DNA from: Lama glama
Lineage: Eukaryota
Direction: 5' to 3'
Length of the DNA: 64,000 bases
NCBI GenBank assembly: GCA_028534125.1
Contig: CM052816.1
Location: 69,566,001-69,630,000 of the forward strand
Under the pieces are notes generated by a model that searched no databases, had not been told where the DNA came from, and saw nothing but the letters and a program-made list of their open reading frames with translations. Positions 11,244-23,782 of this stretch are shown in pieces (the stretch's first letter is position 1; each line of letters begins with the position of its first letter). The translations under genes and the position numbers were made by a program.

Positions 11244-12879
11244 TGGACAGTTTATCTTTTGAACAATAAAGAGAACCCTCATTTGACTTTGTATGAAGGT
11301 AGAACATTCCCTTATGTGTAAATACAAAGATACACAAAAGGTACCTCATACAATTCTGCGTCTTTTCATACTGGTTGTAAAAGTATCAGATAGTAATGGT
11401 CCTGATTTTGCACATTGTGTAATGGAATGTTGCAGAAAGAGCACTAGATTGGGTTCCAGGAGACCCTAAAATAACTCAGTTGACAAAAGACTGGTGGTTC
11501 ACTTCTCTGTGCCAGTTTTACATTGATAAGGAAAGCAGATTGGACTATATGGCATTTAAGGTCTCTTTCTTTTCTAAGATGGTTATACTTTTAAAAACTT
11601 TTCAGAGTGGTTAGAACCCATTTGAGAATTAGTCTGTTCAAACAACAAAACAGTAATAACAAAACTCTGGAAAACTGAAGTACTTCAGTTAGAATGGCCT
11701 TTTAATTTTAAGGCCCAGATGCCTCAGAGGTTTTGCCATTGCTTAGGTATCCTTCAGTGTGAGAAGAATTTTCTGGGGGTGGAAACTTCTGGGTGAATTT
11801 GGGTTCCATATTGGCAATTTGCAATGCTGTATTTTGATAATCAAATACAACGTATTTCACAATATATTTATTATTTAAAAAAAATAACACATTAAGTTCA
11901 TTAAAGCCACTGTCTTGAAAGTATTGATTTCCAAGGAAATATTAGAAGTGAATTAGTTGGAAAGTGAGAGTGGATTCCAATGAAAATAGATATTAATATA
12001 TTATCATTTTTATCAATTTTCTTGCCTTAAGAAATTTCAGTTCATGAAAAAAGTATTCTAATTTGAGGAATTTTATAAGTGTCTGTGTTACAGAATCTTA
12101 CTTCTGTTTTGCAGTGGATATGTTCAGATACTTCTTGCTTTTTAGTAAGAACTAAATAGTAAAGAAAAAGCTTGATTTTGTGAATTGTGCTTGTTGTGCT
12201 TCCTTTTTTGGCTTTTCATTTTGCATGGAAGACATAAAGGAATAAAAATTTTGGTAGTGTATTCAAGCTAAATATTAGGACACAAAGAACAAATTCTTGT
12301 TTCTACCACTTACTCCATTTTTCCCTTCTTCAAAGAAATGTCTCTAGCTCTTCTGGAAAGTATATTCTAATTTACACTCTATAATGCTCTAACTCACTGT
12401 GTATCTTTATATTTTGAAAAGAAAATTGTGACATAAAAAAGATGGCTGCTTCACTTTGAAGAGAAGATGGGTTATGAATAAATACAAATTTAAAAGAAGA
12501 AAGGCTGCCAGTTGAAAAGACTCTGGAAGAAGGTTGACTTTACACATTAACTGTTCACAAATTAGCCTTTTTATACAGCATGTCTGGCCAGTGTCTGGGT
12601 ACTAACAAACGAACTGAAGTGAATGATTTTCTTCATTAACTGTGCTTTCAATAAAGAAAGCCTCAAAATTGTCATTTGAAAAGAATGGCGTTACCTGTGC
12701 TACGAAATACAGGCACATGTATTTTTCTATTAATATTATAAAGAATAAAGAAATGAATATTGAATTCCATATCTCTTGCTTTTTTAATTTAGTTTTGATT
12801 TTTCACCAGTGTTGTATAGGAACAACTTATAAGGGGTCCAAGGATTTTATAAAGGCATATTGTGAAAACCAGTGGTGAC

Positions 12880-15060
12880 TTCTTTCCCTCCCTTTCCAGT
12901 CGCCTCTAACTTCTCTCTCTAGCTTTCTCCACTTTAACTATTTAGCTCCACCCTCATCTTTTTTTTTTTTTTTGTATTCACCTCCATCATTCTAAATAAT
13001 GTGCTTATACAGCTGCTTCTTGACTTTTCCCTTTTAGGTCTCATCTCTTGGCTTCCCTCTTTGGAAGATAAAGATTTAGCTCTTTTTAGCTCCCCCTTCC
13101 ATACACCCTCTTCATACCCCAATACCCTCCCAGCTGGCTTATCCTTATCCTGGCCATGTGATTAGTATCATAAGTTTGGGTAGATCCACAAGTTCATAGT
13201 ACTATGCCTTTGTAAACACTGTTCATAGCTGTCATGTAGTTTGTTTGCTTATTTTCCTACTTGTTCAACTCTACTTTCCCTGGAGTTGGTAATTGTTATG
13301 CTTTGTCATTTATCTAGTTTGCTAAGTCCTCATCAACTCATTCCCTGGTACCTCCCCACAGTTGTATAAGTCTCCTTTTAATAATATCCAGCAGGTATGG
13401 TATACAGTTCTACCAGTTAGTCTTCTGGTAACATTTCTCCTAGAGCTTCGGATCTGCCCCACTCTGGACCAGCTGTTGTCTAGAATGCTGTGTGGCTGTC
13501 ATCCTCAGTCCTGTGAATTATCAGGGGTTGTCCCTTCTCGTCCTGAGGATCCCTACTGACTGCCAAGTCTTGCCCCTTCTTAGCTTACTCCAGGGCACAC
13601 TGAAGGTCAATTTTTTGACACTTTGCTTATCAAATTCATGATTGATGATCTAGCTGGTGTAGAATTCTAGGTTGGAAATCATTTTCCCTCGCAGTTTTGA
13701 AAGCATTGCTCCATTGCTTCTAAGCTTCCAAGGTTGCTCTCCAGAGGAACAGTGTTACTTTGATTCTGAACTCTTTGATCTGATTTTTGTTGTGGTGGTG
13801 ATTTTTTGTTGTTGGTTTTTGTTTGTTTTTTAATCCTGTTTGGAAACTCCAGTTTTCTGAGATTTCATGGTATCCTTTGGTGTGTGCCTGTTTTCATAGC
13901 CAAAGGTGCTAGGCTGTTTCAATTTGAAAATTCAGATCCTTAAGTTCTGTACAACTTCCTTGAATTTTTTTTTCCCCTCATCTTTGTTGCCCTTCCTGGA
14001 GTGATTCTCTAATTTTTGTAACTTTTATCTTGAATTTTCTGTCTCTTTGTCCTTTTGCTCTCTTCTGGGAGATTTTTCTCAAGTTTATCTTCAAATCTTT
14101 TGTTGAGTCTGAAATTTCTGTTCAAAGTTTTCCTTTCCTAATTCAAGAGCCCTTTTTGGTTTTGTAGCATCCTGTTGCTGTCCTTTTTTCATGAATGTAG
14201 TACCTTCTTTTCACTTTAGGCTTTTAAAATATTAATATATATACTTAAGTTTCATCTTCTTGAATAACTCTGTTGATCCTAAGTTGCTTTTTTTCCCCTT
14301 TAGTTAACTTTCTTTCATATTAATGGCTTTTCTTAGATGCCTGGCAGTTCTTGTCTGTTTACTTATCTCTAAAAGTGGGGCATAGAAAGCGAATTCAGAG
14401 TTCTCTGTGTGTGGGTGGGATTTGTCTGCTGTGGTTCTCACCCCAGGGGATGTGTGGTTGTTTCATTGGAGGAGGCTCCAGTAATCATAACTTTAGATTT
14501 TCTTTCTTAGGCTGGTCAGATACTCCCAAGAAGGATTTTTCAAGCTTCTACCTATAGAATATAAGTGACTCTCAGTGCCCTGAGGAGCATGCAGGGCAGA
14601 GGGCTCAGGGATTTCAGTATTCACCATGTTGAAGTTTCACTTGAGTCTCCTTTTCTGCACACACCCCTGCTATAAGCTGTGCCTGGTAATCTTCAGTTCA
14701 GATACCATGTTTCATCCTTTCCAGGGAACAAGTGTATATATAGTCTTCTGCTCAAGTGGGCAGAGATGTCCAGCATTGTGGAAAGGGGGGAAGGCGCTAG
14801 AACTCTCAGACATTCTTTAAAGGCCTTTGAATCTACCCCCATGTTTTTAGCCTTTACTCCCGTTTGTAAAGGATCTCAGATTCTCCCGGTTCCTGAGCTT
14901 CTTGGGAGTTCTGTGGGCTAATGATGTTGTCTCCCCTTCCCTCTACTGGTTGTTTAGATTAAATTATTCTGGTCTGCTGGATCTTCTTTCTGATTTCCAA
15001 AATGTTTTCGTTATTTCCTTTGTCCAAGTGTGTTTATATCTTTCTTTAAAAAAAAAAATC
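12880..15060 (-). mobile_element. Old antisense L1M/HAL1-like element, continuing at ~16546-16650 after the nested L1
   Basis: T-rich tract with the typical antisense ORF1-region motif tagctggtgtagaattctaggttggaaatcattttccctc. Terminus-like ...cctttaatcagaagtc at ~16645. Boundaries approximate. Confidence 0.6.
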
Positions 15061-15069
15061 TCTCTTTTA

Positions 15070-16545
15070 AAGAATTGAGCTGGAAGAATCATGCTGTCTG
15101 CCTTCAGGCTATACCACAAAGCTACAGTAATCAAAACAGCATAGTAGTGGTACAAAAACAGACAGATCAATGGAACAGGATAGAAAGCCCCAAAATAAAC
15201 CCACACACTTATGGTCAATTAATCTATGACCAAGGAGGCAAGAATATATAATGGAGAAAAGACAGTCTCTTTAATAAGTGATGCTGGGAAAACTGGATAG
15301 CTACGTGTAAAAGAATGAAATTAGAACATTCCATAACATCATACACAAGAATAAACTTGAGATGGATTAAAAAGACTTAAATGTAAGACCAGATACTATA
15401 AAAGTCTTGGAGGAAAAGATAGGCAGAACACTCTTTGACATAAATCGCAGCAATGTTTTTTTTGGATCTGTCTCCTAGAGTGATGGAAATAACAAAAATA
15501 AACAAATGGGACCTAATTTAACTTAAAAGCTTCTGTACAACAAAGGGAACCATAAACAAAATGAAAAGACAACCTACGGAATGGGTTGCAAACAATGCAA
15601 CTGACAAGGGATTAACTACCAAAATATACAAACAGCTCATACGGCTTAAAAAAAAAAAACAATCAAAACATGGGCAGAAGACCTAATAGACACTTCTCCA
15701 AAGAAGACATACAGATGGCCAACAGGCACATGGAAAGATGCTCAATATCACTAATTATGAGAGAAATGCAGTTGAAAACTACAATGAATATCACCTCACA
15801 TCAGTCAGAATGGCCATCATTAAAAAGTCTACAAATAATAAATGCTGGAAAGGGTGTGGAGAAAAAAAGGACCCTCCTACACTGTTGGTGGTAATGTAAA
15901 TTGGTGTAGCCTCTGTGGAGAATAGTATGGAGGTTCCTTAAAAAACTAAAATTAAACTTCCATGTGATCCAGCAATCCCACTCTTGGCCATATATCTGGA
16001 CAAAACTCTAATTTGAAAAGATACATGCAACCCAATGTTCATAGTAGCACAATTTACAATAGCTAAGACGTGGAAGCAACCTAAAAGTCCATCAACAGAT
16101 GAATGGATAAAGATGTGATAATATGTACAATGGAATATTATTCAACCATAGAAAATGAAATAATGCCATTTGCAGCAACATAGGTGGACCTAGAGATTAT
16201 CATGTTAAGTGAAGTAAGAGAAAGACAAATATGATATCTCATACATGGAATCTAAAAAAAAAAAATGAACTTACAAAACAAAAACAGACTCAGACATAAA
16301 GAACAAATTTATGGCTACTAAAGGGAAAAGTAGGGGAGGGATAAATTAAGAGTTTGGGATTAACATATAAACACTACTATATATAAAATAGATAAACAAC
16401 CAGGGTCTACTGTATAGCACAGGGAGCTATGCTCAATATCTTGTAATAACCTATAATGGAAAAGAATACATATATATGTATAGCTGAATCACTCTGCTGT
16501 ACACCTGAAACTAACACAACATTGTAAATCAACTATACTTTAAAA
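15070..16545 (+). mobile_element. 5'-truncated LINE-1 (ORF2 C-terminal part plus 3' UTR), frameshifted
   Basis: ORF2 peptides [62 protein letters not shown] and HCWW. 3' UTR ends ctgtacacctgaaactaacacaacattgtaaatcaactatactt. Multiple stops and frameshifts. Confidence 0.95.
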
Positions 16546-18114
16546 GAGTTTTTTTTGCTCTTTATTTTATTAATCAGTTTAGTGCAGTTGCATGAGAAGG
16601 TGGAACTAAAAGACTGCGTTCATCCTGCCCCTTTAATCAGAAGTCTTTTGTCACCCCCCCCCCCCGCTTTTCTAATTATAGAGAACTTTCTCAACAGGCA
16701 GCATGGTCAAAAAGTATATGCGCAATGTGAGCGATTACATCGGACAGAAGTGAGACTGAATAGAGGCAGGCTCTGTCTGGGTTTAGATGCTTATGCCTTT
16801 CACATTTTTACGAAGACGTAACGTTGGGGGCAAAGTAAAGTGTCTCTTTTAGAAGAGTTTTAAGTGCAGGTGATTCTTTTCTTATTTTCTTACTTTCCCT
16901 GTGCAGACAGGTGCCCCCTACCCCGCCCCATGCTGGCATGTGGAAAGGAACCTTAGAAGTGGAAGTGTGTCCCATCCTGTTCACCCACTGAAAAGTGGCT
17001 TTTGAGTCCCTGTATCTTCTCATTGTGGGGTACAGGGCATTAAGAGCCCTGGTAAAGGGCAAGGGTTCTCTGAAAAAGGAGGTCAGCAGAGGATGACAGC
17101 ATCTCATGTAGGCCTCCTCTGTTTCCTCATTTGAAGGGTTTGGGGCTGATTTAACTTGATGAGTCTTTCCAGGTCCAGGTGGCTGTCACTTGAGAATTTT
17201 GAAAATGTATTGTATTTTGAAAAGTTGTCTATTTTTCAGGTGTGGGGTTTGGGTAGTCATCATCATCATTTCTATTCTGTGTCTGAGATGTTGAGTATAG
17301 ATGCTCCTAGCCTGTCTTCATGGGTCATTGGGAGACTTGTGCTTTAGGTGTGTTCTCTGTCTGGCTGCCCTCCCCTTCTGTTTCCATCCTCCTCCTTCCC
17401 CGATGGCTCCTTCTCCACCACATGGCTTTTTCAGTTTCTATAACAAATCAAATCATTTTCTTCCTTGGAGCTTACGAAACTACAGTTCCTTCTCTCTGTA
17501 ACATTCTTCTCCTTTCTTTGTCTGGCTAACTCTTATCCATCTTTCAGCTAAGATGTCTTTTTTTTTTTCAGGGATGTCTTCCTCTCTCTCCATCTAGATT
17601 GGATTACCTCTGTTAAACTTTTAAAAAGCACTGTATTCTTTTTTTTTTCCACAGTATTTGTCAGTGTCAATACTTACATTTTTGTGTTTCTCTTTGTTTA
17701 ATATTTAACTTCCCCTCCAGACTCTAACTTCCATGAAGGCAGAGAGCATCACTTCTTAGTTCACCTCTTGGTCCTGGTGAGCTATCAATTGAATGAGTAA
17801 AGAGTATCAACTCAGAAAAGTGATCCTATTGTCACCTTTTACTAGACACATTCTTTGGAGAGTCCCAGTTGTATTTGAGGTGCTGGAATTTTTTTTTACC
17901 ACCGTATGTCTTATAACTGTACATAAATGATATAATTGCTAGGATTAAATGGATTTAGGGCCAGTTTATTGTAAGCAAAAAATTTAATGTTTATTACTCC
18001 CACTGTTTGATTTCTCTTGTTTTTCCTCTGTTCTCTTAATTTGATGTCATTAATCTAGATGTCCAAAGGACTAGTGCAAAGGATGGGGTGGATAGTTTAG
18101 TTGGCTCCCCTAGG

Positions 18115-18440
18115 TTTTTTCCTTCCAGTTTTATTGAGATATTATTGACATACAGCAGTGTATAGATGTACAGCATAGTGATTTGACTTACATACATCAT
18201 AAAATGATCACCACAATAAATTTAGTGAACATTGATCATCTCATATAGATACCAAATGAAAGAAAAAAATTTTCCTTGTGATGAGAACTCTTAGAATTTA
18301 CTTTTAACAGCATTCATGCAACATACAGTGGTGGTAATTATATTGTCATGATGTGTATTACATCCCTAGGTCTTATTTATCTGATAACTGGAAGTTTGTA
18401 CCTTTTGACCACCTTCCTCCAATTCCCCCTCCCCTGACAT
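18115..18440 (-). mobile_element. L1 3' UTR fragment (antisense)
   Basis: ttttattgagatat...tgacatacagca...gtacagcatagtgatttgacttacatac...actggaagtttgtaccttttgaccaccttc, a typical laurasiatherian L1 3' end. Confidence 0.8.
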
Positions 18441-19004
18441 AGATAATTTTTAGAGTGCTCACCAGTGTTCACATTCTCCTTTATCCCCCAGGAAATTATG
18501 AATTTGAGGAAGAGAACAAGGGCATTAATGGTGATCAGGTCACTCTAGTGGCAGTTTCTGGAGGCTGTCTTTGTTCTTACTCATGCCTTTGACAGGAAGT
18601 TCCTGGAGGGCAGGGAAATGCCTTCCCATATTCATTCTCTACAGCAAAATTTCAGTTACTTAACAGTTATTTAAATATAGTGGTGCTCAAATAGGATTTG
18701 TTTGGACAGCTAATCATATACCAGATACCAGGGTTCAGTTTGTCATTGGGACCCAGGTATAATATAGTTTAAGTAGCACATCCCTCAGCTCCTGGAAGAT
18801 TACACCCTGTAGTCAGAGTCCTGCCCTTCAGTACCTGTTGGGTGGGTCAGTCCCTGAGGATGGACAGTGATTCTGGGGCATCTGGTATTTTGGGAATCAG
18901 GGGAAGTCCCCAAACTTTGGAAGGAACCACATAGAACAACTGTTTTTACCCTCTGTGTCTTGCCCTACAGTACAATAGTTGATTTTTCTTTTTTTGATAG
19001 CAGG

Positions 19005-19200
19005 TGAAAACCTGTGTTCAAATTCCAGATCATATTCGCTGTGTGATCTGGAGCAAGTGAGGCCTCTGAGCTGCAGTTTCCTTCGGGGTCTCAGGAGGCT
19101 GATTGCAGTGCAGCCCTCCCAGGGGAGTTGTGAGGATTAAATGTGATAATCCTACTAAAGTGCTTGGGAAGTGCTTCACCCAGAGGGAGGGCTCTCCACA
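19005..19200. mobile_element. MIR SINE
   Basis: gttcaaattccag...gctgtgtgatctggagcaagtga...ctctgagctgcagtttcct...gttgtgaggattaaatgtgataat...taaagtgcttgg. Confidence 0.75.
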
Positions 19201-22200
19201 CCAGAGCAGTTGTTAGGGTTTTTCAGGAGTGTGCAAGGGAATTGCTACCAAAGATGGTTGTAAGTCAGTGGCTCTACATTTCTCCAGGTACTTCCATGAA
19301 AATTACTGTGTAAACTACATGGATTCTGGGTGTTAACTACTAAATGATGAGTTTTGTTTGCTCTAAAATAGACAAAGTGTTCCGAATCACTGCTCTAATT
19401 ATGGCCTTTGGTTCACAATACTAAGGGGGAGCTTTCTGGTTTTAAATTGTAAGTTTTCAAATCTTATTCTCTGTCTGCACTGAAGTATGAAAAGGTAGAA
19501 AGAAAGGAACAAAAATTGACTTGAAACTTTTTTTTACCACTATAAAAAATTTAGGATGTGTGCGTTATTGTGAGTTTCTAGAAAGGCTGGGTATTGGGTA
19601 ATTTGTCAGAGATTTTAAGAAGGCCACAGTCTATAGATGGTTTAATTGGCAAGGGAATAATGGAAATTCACGTTTAGGTAATATGGGTGCTGAGAGCAAT
19701 GTAGAGCCGTGTACATCTGCCAGAAACCTTAGCTCATTTATGACAGTTTAAGACAGAGTTCTCAGAAGTGTTGAGAGAGAAGAAAAGTGAAAGGCCTTGA
19801 ACACATGGGCAGTGCAGAATTTCTTCAAGTCTCCTTTGGAATTACAGCAAATAGCATAGAGTCTGGCATAGATAATGGTCATATGTGGTATTTTTCATTA
19901 TAAGTGCTCGTAGGTATAAATAGAAAAGTTCAATCTTTAGTTTTTTCTTTTCACCCACACTGTTACTAATGTAATTATTGCAACAGGACATTTTGTGGTT
20001 TGGTTAACATTTGACAAATCAGACATTGATTTACTTCTCAAAATTAAAATTGTGTATATCAACATTATACCCTTTACTACTCAACCTTCCAAAGTTGCTT
20101 GGGTAGTAGCTTCCAGATTTTTGGATTTTATAGAACTGTATTATCAAAATAAATAAAGGCTGGGATGGGAGAGCAGTGTGTGCAGATGTGGAGCTTTATT
20201 TTGCCAATGTAGACATTAGGAAAACAACATTTATGAGCTGTTACTGAGTTTATTTACTGACAGAAAAAACTTTCACCCCTCCCCCCAGTAGTAATATTAC
20301 AATCTTTGAATAAATACTCCTTTTAAATTGAATAAAAGCAACTTCATGAAAACTACATTCTTTTTTTCTCAGTTGACTATGGATCACTGAAAACTTACTA
20401 ATTGATCAACAGGAGTCCATAGACCAGGTCTGGGGAACATTCATTTGTGTATTGAATGATCATAGTTAATGGTTCCACACATACATAAAAATTGTCATGA
20501 TTAAAATTATCTGTAAGAGTCTTAAAATCAGTGTTGCTGAGAGTAAGTAGAGGCTTATGTGAATGACACAGAGATCACCCTAAAATATCACTTCGTAGAA
20601 TCATTGTGAATCATTGGCTATTTGCTTATGCTTTCAGTCTGGTTAGGAAGTAGGAACAAGATGCTATTTTGTTTAACTGGTTCTTCAGGAAGAGAATAAA
20701 ATGATGTTGAATAGTCAGTTGTCCCAAATCTCTTCCGATGAATAAGAGTTGTGATGCTTGGAAATATTTGGAGAAGTCATTCTCTGACACACACCCGTCC
20801 CCCACCCTCCGCCTTATAATCATTCATCAAGCACGTTCTGATCTAACAAAACATCTATCCAACGTCATTTGGGATGGCAGATCTGCATACTGGAAGTTCA
20901 TAGGTAACCAATTAGATGTAGAGCTTTAAACACTGAGATCACATATTTAATCTCTGCAAGTAGAGTATAATGAAGATAGTAAACAATCATCAATTGTTGT
21001 ACTGTGGTGCAATGTTGATGTAAGAAGAACTATCATACTTTGAAATGGGGGAAAAAAGACCTTTGGATATCCTTTCAGTGTGATGCTGTCATGTCTGGGG
21101 ATTATTCGATCTCTAGGACCTGAGTCTTTGTTCTTGTCTAGACTATTTTATACCTCTGTAGGAATAGAAGTTAACTTGTAGAAAATTGAAAGCAGTGCAA
21201 ATAATTCTTGTCCATAGAAATGCAAATTAGTTATGTCCTGGGGAATGCAATTGACCAGTGTTTGCACGTTCGTTTCAACATTCCTTTGCTACATTAAAAT
21301 GGTGGTTCTTTGTCCTCTCCTTTGAACTAGTTGTAACATCTTTTTCGGTTTCCTCATTAATTGAGTTAAATGGAATCTGTGAGATATGTTTATTTTATAT
21401 CTGTATAAGAGTCATGATTTTACTTTCTTTGAAAAATTCTTTTATGTAGGGATTCCTTTAGGAGATTTTTAGTAATGCATGGTTGTTGTTTGAGCTTTTA
21501 TGTGACCCTCTATACTGTTATTATTGCTAAAGTCCTGGGGTTATATTCTTTCTTACCTTTTCAGACCCTTCCAGTGAATAACCAGTGTTTATTGTTGATT
21601 TTGAGGTGATAGGGTTTAAGGGAAAAAGAATTTGTTTATGAATCAGGTGGGAGATTGAATTCTCTTCCTACTCTTGGTATGTATCCCCTTTTTCTGATGC
21701 TGGACAAGTTTATTTAGCTCCAAGGAGTCCAACCTTCCTCTTCTATGAAAATTAGAGCATCTGTCAAAGTGCTGAGTATAGGCCTGGCACGTGGTAAACA
21801 CTCAGTAAACATGTTACTTTTCCTCTCCTTTTTTTGGAAGGTATGGGTCCCTAATCTCTTCTCTTCCTTCACCCTCTTGGTTTTAATCTGCTCAGCCCTA
21901 AGAGCCTAGATAAACTAATCTCTTAAAATTATATCTAAAGCATTGTCAGAAGAATGTGACTAAGAGCTTGAGGAGTTTTACTATGAAAGAAGTACATAAA
22001 CTTTATATTTGGTAAAATTTGGCGTATCTGCTTTGATCACCTGGCTGCTTTTTTCCCCCTTCGGTATTCTTTGCAATGTGTTACTTAGTTGAGGTTGATG
22101 GTTAAGTGACCAGGAGAAGTTGGATGTTACTCTGTTTGGTTTTGAAATATATTAAACCTTTTCGTATCTGATTAACTAGGGGAAATTATATTTTCTCTTG

Positions 22201-22760
22201 GTATTAAAGCATTAGCTAATTTGTGTCCCCTGCCAGTAAGTAGGAGGTGTGTGTATATCTAAGAGGTAGAAGAAGAGATGAGAAAAAGAGTATGTTCTAT
22301 ATATATGGGGGGCAGGGGCTTGCTATAGATTCAGAGAGCAAGATGAGGCCAGGTGGCAGGGAGGAAACCTAGGATTGTTTGAAAGATGTTTGGGCAGAGT
22401 GTCTCCCTATGAGCTGAATGTCTGTGGAAAATAGGGAACCTTCTGAAACCATGGCAGAGAATGGAGAATTTTCACACTAACTTTTCCTATAATTAGAATG
22501 GAAAACTGCTGCTTCTCTAGGACTTCCAGTGCATTGCTTTATAAATTAGAAATACCTTAAGGCTTTTTTTTTTCTGTTGATTTTCATTCATGAAAGCTGA
22601 TGTTCCAGATATTAATTTGACCTTAGAAGATCTTAAAAATAGAGGGGGGACCCCAAATGTAACACCCTCCTTTGTAAAAACTTCAAGGATAATTACATTA
22701 AACATGATCATTTATATTATTTGAAAGAGCTGGATCATGATTATTTTTCAGCCTCTCACT

Positions 22761-23250
22761 TGTATTAGTTTTCTATTGCTGCTGTAACTGATTACCACAC
22801 ACTTAGTGGTTTAAAACCACATCCATTGATAACTTTATAGTTCTGGAGGTCAGAAGTCCAAAATGAGTCTCACCAATTTAAAATCCAGGTGTAGCAGGGC
22901 TCCCTTCCTTCCTGGAGGCTCTAGAGCAGAATCCATTGTTGAGCCTTTTCCAGCATCTGGAGGTGCCTGAATTGCTTGGCTCTTGGCCCCTTGTCATCTT
23001 GAAAGCCAGTGGTGACTCATCAGGTTCTCTCACAGGGCCCTCTCTCTGATGCTCAGGCTTCTGCCTCCCTCTTCCCTGTTTAAGGACTATTGTGAATACA
23101 TTGAGTCGACCTGGAGGAATCCTGCATAATCTCCCACGGTCAGCTGATTAGCAACCTTAATTCCTCTCTTTGCATGAAACATAACTTTCCCAGGTTCCCG
23201 AGATGAGGAGGTTGATCAATTTGAGGGAAGCCGTTACCCTTCTTCCCACA
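22761..23250. mobile_element. MaLR solo LTR (MLT1C/D-like)
   Basis: tgtattagttttctattgctgctgtaac...acttagtggtttaaaac...agttctggaggtcagaagtccaaaatg...ends in ccaca. Confidence 0.85.
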
Positions 23251-23439
23251 TCACCATCTCACACAAATACAATTCTCCTGTCTCGATTCTTCTGTAGTAT
23301 GACAGGGTGCCACTTTGTTGTACTGCCTAAAACATAAGTTAAAGAATAAAACTTCTAAGGAGATGAGGGTCGTTAAATTTGGGCTAAAGAGCAGTCATTT
23401 GTGTGACTTTAAAAATGTCAAATTAATTTAAAAAAAAAA

Positions 23440-23782
23440 AACCGAAGTGTAGTCAGTTTACAATGTTGTGTCCATTTTGGGTGTACAGCATAATGTTTCA
23501 GTCATACATATACGTATCATTTTCATATTCTTTTTCACTACAAGTTACTACAAGATATTGAATATAGTTCCCTGTGCTGTACAGAAGAAACTTGCTTATT
23601 TACTTTATACATAGTAGTTAGCATCTGCAAATCTCAAATTCCCAATTTATCTCTTCCCACTCCCTTTCCCCTCTGGTAACCATAAGTTTGTTTTCTATGT
23701 CTGCAAGTCTGTTTCTGTTTTGTAAATAAGTTCATGTGTCTCTTTTTTTTTAATATTCCACATGTAAGTGATATCATATAGT
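23440..23782 (-). mobile_element. L1 3' UTR fragment (antisense)
   Basis: Reverse complement resembles the 3' UTR at 16230-16540 (tttacaatgttgtg...ggtgtacagc...caagatattgaatatagttccctgtgct...ctctggtaaccataagtttgttttctatgtctg). Confidence 0.88.

Noticed and set aside
15030..15894. ORFs 15030-15251 and 15670-15894 as host genes or an active L1
   Set aside because: They are frameshifted, stop-interrupted fragments of L1 ORF2 in a 5'-truncated copy.
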